Below the pieces are notes generated by a model, which saw only the letters and a list, made by a program, of their open reading frames with translations, made no database searches and was not told the DNA's origin. Both the position numbers and the translations under genes were made by a program. From a virus (lineage: Duplodnaviria; Caudoviricetes), in the IMG/VR virus record IMGVR_UViG_3300037361_000044, positions 1 to 64,000 of that record: a stretch of 64,000 nucleotides of DNA, one strand, 5' to 3'. This document shows positions 58,070 through 64,000 of the stretch, in pieces (position 1 is the stretch's first letter; every line of letters starts with the position of its first letter).

Positions 58070-58424
58070 ATGACTTCCCAGAGCCTGTTGATGGATACAA
58101 CCACAGGTACGCCTGGAACTGTACGCTCATCAACGAGATGACGTGGTGGCCCACGCTCAATAGGTACCAGCGTAATCGACTGAATGAGATGAAGGCATGG
58201 AACGCCAGGTTCCTTGAGAGGCAGCATGACGCAGCAAGACCGAGCGCTAATAGCCCGGATTGAGCGTATGGGGTACGAGGAGATGGTGCGCGAGCTTCGG
58301 TTCGCGCCCATCGGCGCCCCTATGTTCACGGGAGAAGCCGGGGAGTTCTTCGGCAAAAGGTTGAGGCAACTACAATCCAGCTTGTCAGTTGCCGAGCAAG
58401 TGGCTATTTCAAAGAAGGTCGGGC

Positions 58425-58964
58425 ATGGCTAAGAAGCGCGCACGTGAGGAGCTTTGGGGTTTGACACCTAGTTCTGCCTTTAGTTTGATGCTAATGCTTA
58501 GAGGACCTCGTAGTGGCGCCGATAAGGCCACGCTGACAGAGTTGCATGTGGCTAAGTACATAGTACCGACAGCAAAAGACACGCTGTGGGAGCCCCGCTA
58601 TCGCCTAACCAGTGCGGGTAGGGCTATTTCTAAGGAGTTCAAAAGGAGAGATGCGCAAGAGCGCGTAGACGCAAGGCTTAGGTATCAAGAGCTGCAGAGA
58701 TTAGCGGAGTTGGCGCAAGAACTACGCAGCGTCACCGTAGACGATGAGGAAGACGAGGAAGACTTAGCGGATGAGGGTGAGTATGATCCGGAAGCCGCTA
58801 ACGACTACTACGACGCGGACTGCGGCCGCTGGGTACCTGACGGCCACGAAGTCTGTGACGCTTGCGCGGGCACAGGCACCGTGACATACGACCACGACCT
58901 GGAGGTGGTTTGCATGGAGTGCGATGGGGAAGGCTATATGCCACGTAGAATGGTTGATATATGA
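58425..58964 (+). CDS. Protein with winged-helix-like N-terminus, acidic linker and DnaJ-type Zn finger
   Basis: YRLTSAGR; CDACAGTG...CMECDGEG. Confidence 0.6.
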   Translation: MAKKRAREELWGLTPSSAFSLMLMLRGPRSGADKATLTELHVAKYIVPTAKDTLWEPRYRLTSAGRAISKEFKRRDAQERVDARLRYQELQRLAELAQELRSVTVDDEEDEEDLADEGEYDPEAANDYYDADCGRWVPDGHEVCDACAGTGTVTYDHDLEVVCMECDGEGYMPRRMVDI

Positions 58965-60106
58965 GCTACGATCCAGAAAAGTGGGACGGAGAACGCGCGC
59001 TCCCAAAGTTGTATTCACGCACGGCCTCGGGAGCCATCAACACCTGGGAGGTGTGGCTGGCTAAGGCTGGAGGCGTCGTCGTACGCTGGGGCCAGATGGA
59101 TGGGGCTCTGCAGACGACGGTCTTTCAATGTGAAAGAAAGAATATCGGTAGGGCCAATGCCACCTCGATGGTGGAGCAGGCCAGGCGCGAGGCGATCTCC
59201 AAGTGGAAGAAGCAGCTCAAGAAGAAGTACTACATGAGCTTGGCGGACGCTGCGGGTCCTGCAACCCAGTCCAGGTTGAGGCCCATGCTGGCGAAGAAGC
59301 TGGAGGACAGAGCAGGTAAGTTCAAGTTCCCTGTTGATGTTCAGCCCAAGCTTGATGGTGTTCGCTGCCTGGCGCAGCGCATTGATGGCAGGGTGCAGCT
59401 CTTCAGTCGGGGCGGTGATCCGTACGACGTAGGGCACATCAGCACCGCTCTGGAGCACAATCTGGTGGATGACTACGTGGTTCTCGATGGTGAGATCTAC
59501 AGCCACGGCATGAGCCTGCAGAACATCATCTCTTTGGTGAAGCGGCCACAGGAGGCCAGCCTCAAGCTGACGTACAACGTATACGATATCGCCAGCACCG
59601 AGCAGGAGGAGCCATGGCACACACGCCGGGATTCCTTAGACAGCTGGTTCGAGTGGGCATGTAGTGAAGGCTTGCTGCCGTGCGTAAAGGGGGTGCACAC
59701 CCGCTCCGCCAACAGCATGGAGGAGCTGAAGGTCGCCCATGACTACTACGTGGAGGAGGGTTACGAGGGCGCCATCATTCGCTTGCTTGATGGGGTCTAC
59801 CGCTTTGGCTACCGCTCGAGCGACCTGTTGAAGATGAAAGAGTTCGACGACATGGAGTTCGAGCTCGTTGGCTGGGATGTGGGCAAGGGCAAGTTTGCGA
59901 ATGTCCCCATCTTCAGGTGTCGGGTGCCCTTCAACGGCAAGCTGTTCGATGTGACGCCTCGAGGTACAGCGGAGGTGCGCCGAGAACTGCTAACGCAAGC
60001 CAAGTCGATGATGGGGAAAAAGTACACTGTGCGGTACTTCGGGCTCACGGACGAGGGAGTACCTCGCTTCCCAGCGGGCATTGGAGTCCGCGAGAAGGGC
60101 ATGTAA
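58961..60106 (+). CDS. lig: ATP-dependent DNA ligase
   Basis: PMLA, QPKLDGVR (motif I), LDGEIY, YDI, EGAIIR, LLKMK, PRFP. Confidence 0.95.
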   Translation: MSYDPEKWDGERALPKLYSRTASGAINTWEVWLAKAGGVVVRWGQMDGALQTTVFQCERKNIGRANATSMVEQARREAISKWKKQLKKKYYMSLADAAGPATQSRLRPMLAKKLEDRAGKFKFPVDVQPKLDGVRCLAQRIDGRVQLFSRGGDPYDVGHISTALEHNLVDDYVVLDGEIYSHGMSLQNIISLVKRPQEASLKLTYNVYDIASTEQEEPWHTRRDSLDSWFEWACSEGLLPCVKGVHTRSANSMEELKVAHDYYVEEGYEGAIIRLLDGVYRFGYRSSDLLKMKEFDDMEFELVGWDVGKGKFANVPIFRCRVPFNGKLFDVTPRGTAEVRRELLTQAKSMMGKKYTVRYFGLTDEGVPRFPAGIGVREKGM

Positions 60107-62003
60107 TGCAGATGTTCCAGAAGAATCTGTGGATTGACACCAATGAGGAATATACCTTCAAGGTGTCCACTGACTCCAACGTTGTGAAAGTGCAGATTGG
60201 GCAGCTCTACATAGGCTGGGTCTCCAATGGCGACAGCTCTGGGGGCATGCCTGAAAAGGTGTCCACGGCAGCCAGGGCGTTCCTGTACGAAGTGAAGCCA
60301 GAGCTCGACCCTGCGGTCATCTTCAAGAGCAAGGAGGTTCCTCCGGCAGTTGCCGCTAAGCCCAAGCTTGGTGACTGCTGTGACGGCATGCGCTTAGTGC
60401 TGCCCCGTACCGAGCTGCTGCAGCACAAGCATGGTATCAGCATTCTGGAACTGATAAATACGGACACCGGTATCATCAAGCGGTACGTGTCCTTGAAGTT
60501 CCCCAAGAACCCAGACAAACTTGCCCCGCACGCCAAGACCACTACCATCGCTTTGAACTTCTGCCCCTTCTGTGGGGCGAAGCTCGAAGGTGAAAGCGAG
60601 GCTTCCTTTGAAGAAACAGAAGAGGATGCAGGACCTCCCGCCGAAGCTGCAGTACCTGCTGCAGAAGGCGATGGACGCCAAAAAGGAAAAGCGAGGGGTG
60701 GCGCTCGGAAACTTCCAACCAAACGAGGTAATACAACTGGGAGAAGCCGCAGTAAGAAATAGGCTGCACCCCAAAGCGACGAAGGACGACATGCGTGCCG
60801 CCCTTGGTAGGTGCGGCATGCGCGTCAATGACATCTACTGCGAGATGGAGCAGCTGGTTGACCCAGACATGGATGAGAATGCGCAGGCAGCCGTTATTGT
60901 AGAGCTTCTATTCGAAGCATTCGATTCAGCATTGATGGACGTAATCGTCCACAAGTTGTGAGGCAGCATGTCGTGTGCAGATACCGCAAGAGAAAAGGTC
61001 CGTGAGTGCGCGGACAACCTGATGAAGGAAGCAAGGCGCATTGGGATTCTGCGTAGCGTGGAGGCCACAGAGGCCTCGCGCTGGCTGGATGGTATCGCCG
61101 AGCAGTTACGAGCGGCCTGCGAAGAGCCGGCATAGGAGACCACCAATGATTCAGCCGTACGTGGAGGCAAAAGACTTACTAGCAGGAATGACCATAAGGT
61201 GGAACGAGGGGCGGCTAGAAAGAAAGCAGCGGCGCGCCCTGGTCATGTCCGTTGAGTACACCAAGACATCCCGTCTCATAGAGGAGTTTATCCACGTCGA
61301 AGAGAACGTGCGGGTGAAACTGCTCAGAGAGGATGGAACCACCACGACTACGCACTTTCAGCCAAACGTGGCCATTGACCAGATGGCCCCAATTACGATG
61401 CCAGGGAAAGCACAAGATGAAAATAACGGATAAAGCCTTGTACGTGGCCTACGCCTCGGCGTTGAACCGCCTGCACAAGTGGCGGAAGATCTTTGTAAGC
61501 TGGCAGCTAGGCACACGCACCGACAAGGACGGTGAGGCTCTGGCTCTGGCAGACCATCGCTCATTGTCTTTGCTGCTACGGTCGGAGGTCAACGCCGTGA
61601 CTGCACTTCTTGTCAAGAAGGGTGTCTTCAACGAGGAGGAGTTCACCACGCAGATCATCGAGGAAGCCAAGCTCGTGGACAAGGAGCTGGAGGCTCGCTT
61701 CCCTGGCGTACGCGCTGTTGGAGACGGCTTGGTCATCGACGTGGAGAAGTTCAAGGATACAGCTAAGAAGTTGCACTTCCCGCCATGAGTGACGTCTACC
61801 CACGTAGGTTTCAGCCAACTATAACGGCGGAGCGATACCACCGTATGTGCGCTGCTTTCACGGCGTTTTGCTACGAGTGCGGGAAGGTGAACGACGGGGT
61901 AGCCCCGGACACGGAGGAGGCCGACTGCGTCCACTGCTTTGCCAGGGAGGTGGTTGGTACATCGCAAGCAGCAAATGAAGGCAGCCTCAAAGTAGAGGGC
62001 TAG
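60106..62003 (+). other. Hypothetical genes (60106-60762, ~60590-60961, 60968-61135, 61146-61433, 61417-61788, 61785-62003)
   Basis: Tiled ORFs; FCPFCG Zn motif in the first. Confidence 0.55.
61417..61788 (+). CDS. Hypothetical protein, paralogue of 56256..56633
   Basis: Same motifs as its paralogue. Confidence 0.75.
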   Translation: MKITDKALYVAYASALNRLHKWRKIFVSWQLGTRTDKDGEALALADHRSLSLLLRSEVNAVTALLVKKGVFNEEEFTTQIIEEAKLVDKELEARFPGVRAVGDGLVIDVEKFKDTAKKLHFPP

Positions 62004-62034
62004 GAAAAAGGCGGGGAGCAATCCCCGCTTTTCC
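62003..62034. terminator. Bidirectional rho-independent terminator
   Basis: GGAAAAAG-GCGGGGA-GCAA-TCCCCGC-TTTTCC between convergent genes. Confidence 0.85.
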
Positions 62035-62042
62035 TTACCACC

Positions 62043-62288
62043 CTATCCGGTGGCTTGCATCGGCGGCTCTGACCAGTGCTCGAGCGGAGGCTCGAGGCAC
62101 TCAAGGTACTGCGCGTCGCTGCAGATGTTGCCAAGGATGGCCAGTGCGTTCTCTGGGCTCGGGTTCGTCAGGAAGGCAGTGCAGAGGTCGATGAGCTCTG
62201 CGTCTTTCTTCACGTATGCGTTTGGACCGATCTTTCCCAGCATGCGAACGCACGCGCCTTTTGAAACTCGTTCTATTGCTGTCCTCAT
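62043..62288 (-). CDS. Hypothetical protein
   Basis: AAGGGGG RBS; ends at the terminator. Confidence 0.6.
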   Translation of the reverse strand: MRTAIERVSKGACVRMLGKIGPNAYVKKDAELIDLCTAFLTNPSPENALAILGNICSDAQYLECLEPPLEHWSEPPMQATG

Positions 62289-62544
62289 GGCGCCCCCTTC
62301 TCTCTTGTTGTGTAATAGAGCCCGTTCTTGAGTACGACACGGCCATCTGCTTCCAGATGATCAAGTGCCAGCTGTGCTGCACGTGGTGCGATGCGGTCTG
62401 CTTGTACAGGTCCAGCGGCTTCCGCGACCCAAGCTCGATGGTGGTGAGTAGGACCTCATCGCTGAAGCTGGTAGCTGGCTTGATGGACTTCGTCATCCGG
62501 AATGGCTCAACAGGCTGAAACGTATTGCTTACTTGGCTTTCCAC
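62285..62544 (-). pseudogene. Winged-helix protein with an apparent 1 nt frameshift near 62394
   Basis: Frame switch gives ...LDLYKQT-IAPRAAQLALDHLEADGRVVLKNGLYYTTREKGAP* with an ATGA overlap to the next gene. Confidence 0.55.
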
Positions 62545-62747
62545 GTTACTTCCCCTCCTCGGTTGTGTTTAGTTTGACAGCAGGCATGAAGCCGCTCACC
62601 TTCAGGCTGAGCGTTCTGGCGCGAAGCATAGACGACTCGCTTATACGCTACTGCGCGCGCAGGATGGCGGCATCGGCGTTGTTCAGGTGGCCTCTGGCGC
62701 TGTCTGGTATTACCTCTTCGTTTGGCATGATGTGTCCCCTTACCTTA

Positions 62748-62775
62748 CTTATCCCCGAAACCGACTCAGGATTGC
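62748..62775 (-). promoter_or_regulatory. Phage promoter GCAA-N16-GGGATAAG
   Basis: Motif copy; predicted +1 begins the AAGGGG RBS of a 26 aa ORF (62648-62728). Confidence 0.78.
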
Positions 62776-62781
62776 CTTCAA

Positions 62782-63342
62782 ATGGAAAAAGTCAGTGACC
62801 CAGTTGTCCGTAGCGCGTTGAAGACCCTGCTCATCCAGGGAGGAGCTGGTTGCAATGGAACGCGACTGATCGATGAACTTACCGTGGCCAGTGTAGGCGG
62901 GCGCATAGACGTGACCGTAGTTGGAAAGGAGCTGCACGGGTACGAGATCAAAAGTGACGTCGACAAGCTTGTCCGCTTGCCCAAGGAGGCGGAGAACTAC
63001 GCCAAGGTGATGGACCTGCTCACGCTTGTGGTGACCACAAAGCACCTCGAAGGAGCGATGGCCATGGTGCCCTACTTCTGGGGCGTGCAGGTGTTTGAGA
63101 AGGATGGGCATCTACGTACCATCCGAAAGGCAAAGCCACACACGCGTCAAGAGCTCCCCGCCATGGTGGGTCTTTTGTGGAGGCCCGAGGCGTTGAAGCT
63201 GCTGGCAGAGTGCGGGGTTACGAAAGGCCTGAAGACCAAGCCCAAGTGGGCGCTTTATGAGAAGCTACTGTCCATTTGCACCATGGACCAGGTCCGTGCT
63301 GCGCTGGTGGAGCAGTTCAAGAGGTACGATGACCGTCGTTGA
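62782..63342 (+). CDS. sce7726-family PD-(D/E)XK-like protein
   Basis: IDEL...RIDV.V...LHGYEIKSDVD.L.RL....Y..V.D...LV..PYFWG. Confidence 0.75.
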   Translation: MEKVSDPVVRSALKTLLIQGGAGCNGTRLIDELTVASVGGRIDVTVVGKELHGYEIKSDVDKLVRLPKEAENYAKVMDLLTLVVTTKHLEGAMAMVPYFWGVQVFEKDGHLRTIRKAKPHTRQELPAMVGLLWRPEALKLLAECGVTKGLKTKPKWALYEKLLSICTMDQVRAALVEQFKRYDDRR

Positions 63343-63461
63343 ATGCATGTACTGGTGGTACGGGGCCGCCTGGGGAGGATCCGTTGGAATCCTACTAATG
63401 CTGGGGATTGCCATGCTTTGGCGGGGACACTAAAGGCCTGTCGCATGGCCGGCACTTCTTG

Positions 63462-63470
63462 TGCTACCAT
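63462..63470 (+). promoter_or_regulatory. Extended -10 promoter TGCTACCAT
   Basis: Upstream of the GGAGGAG RBS of the terminal gene. Confidence 0.45.
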
Positions 63471-63488
63471 CCTGGGAGGAGTTACCGG

Positions 63489-64000
63489 ATGCCTCTCTTC
63501 TTCGACGCCACCATCAGCAACTTGCACAACGTCATCGTGAGCCGTCTACAGAGCAATGATGGCGGCTTCGAACCCATCCCTCTTAGCGGGGCCTACTGCC
63601 AGAGTGCCACGCTATGGGACTTGTCCAATGCCAACCAGCGAAGGTTCTGGAGTCAGGTGGAAAGCAATGGATCCGAACTACCCTTGGTGTTTGAGATACA
63701 GCCCCACTATGGGCGGCTAATCACAACTGCGCTGGTACGCGTTGCTGGAACTGGATACACGGTCATGCCCACGTGGATGCCTCGCATCCAGGTCTGGAGT
63801 ATGAACGCGTCCACCAGCACGTACGGTACTGCTTGGACAAACGAGGAAGAGACCATAGACCCTTCCACCACGGTTGGGGAATACAGCACGCTGCACTACA
63901 TCGCGGCCTCGCCCAACCTGGTTGCTAGTTACAACATGCGCTACGCCGTGGCTGTGTTTGCGGACATGTCGTCCACGCACAATATGTTCATCGAGGGCAT
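63489..64000 (+). CDS. Hypothetical, probably structural, protein running off the window end
   Basis: GGAGGAG RBS; MPLFFDATISNLHNV... open to 64000. Confidence 0.65.
   Translation, partial: MPLFFDATISNLHNVIVSRLQSNDGGFEPIPLSGAYCQSATLWDLSNANQRRFWSQVESNGSELPLVFEIQPHYGRLITTALVRVAGTGYTVMPTWMPRIQVWSMNASTSTYGTAWTNEEETIDPSTTVGEYSTLHYIAASPNLVASYNMRYAVAVFADMSSTHNMFIEG

Larger units (their letters stand above)
1..64000. mobile_element. Segment of a large (jumbo-type) tailed bacteriophage genome
   Basis: Tape-measure-like and baseplate-like genes, TAC frameshift, ThyX, ATP-dependent ligase, lone GroES, phage sigma factor, HNH endonucleases, dense overlapping (ATGA/TGATG) small ORFs, no cellular housekeeping operons. 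Confidence 0.92.

Noticed and set aside
1-64000. CRISPR array, tRNA or rRNA genes
   Set aside because: No regularly spaced direct repeats or cloverleaf/T-loop signatures noticed by eye; tRNAscan was not run.
1-64000. Stop-codon reassignment
   Set aside because: Recognisable genes are full length and TAA, TAG and TGA all end genes with normal coupling.

Overview
A gene-dense, GC-rich (about 60% by eye) 64 kb segment of a large (jumbo-type) tailed bacteriophage genome using the standard genetic code. I saw no rRNA, tRNA or CRISPR array. It contains: (1) a tail module with a tail-assembly-chaperone pair joined by a G GGA AAT -1 slippery site, a 1195 aa tape-measure-like protein, baseplate-like proteins and two HNH endonucleases; (2) a block of probable internal virion proteins sharing K-x-(A/G/S) motifs, including a DUF5661 + permuted NlpC/P60 + pyrophosphatase-like polyprotein and a group-3 sigma factor; (3) ThyX, RNase HII, ATP-dependent DNA ligase, GroES, a GNAT, a Nudix hydrolase, a YkgJ-like Fe-S protein and a Dit1/PvcA-like enzyme; (4) long runs of small hypothetical genes. 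Main hunt results: a nine-copy promoter, GYAA-N15/16-GG(G/C)ATAAG-N6-start, which may be read by a virion-packaged, proteolytically matured phage sigma factor; a promoter-driven ~174 nt structured RNA with anti-Shine-Dalgarno-like loops; K-x-A motifs at the domain boundaries of putative virion polyproteins; and small 'patchwork' ORFs built from shuffled fragments of family A DNA polymerase motifs. All family assignments come from motif recognition by eye, not from database searches.
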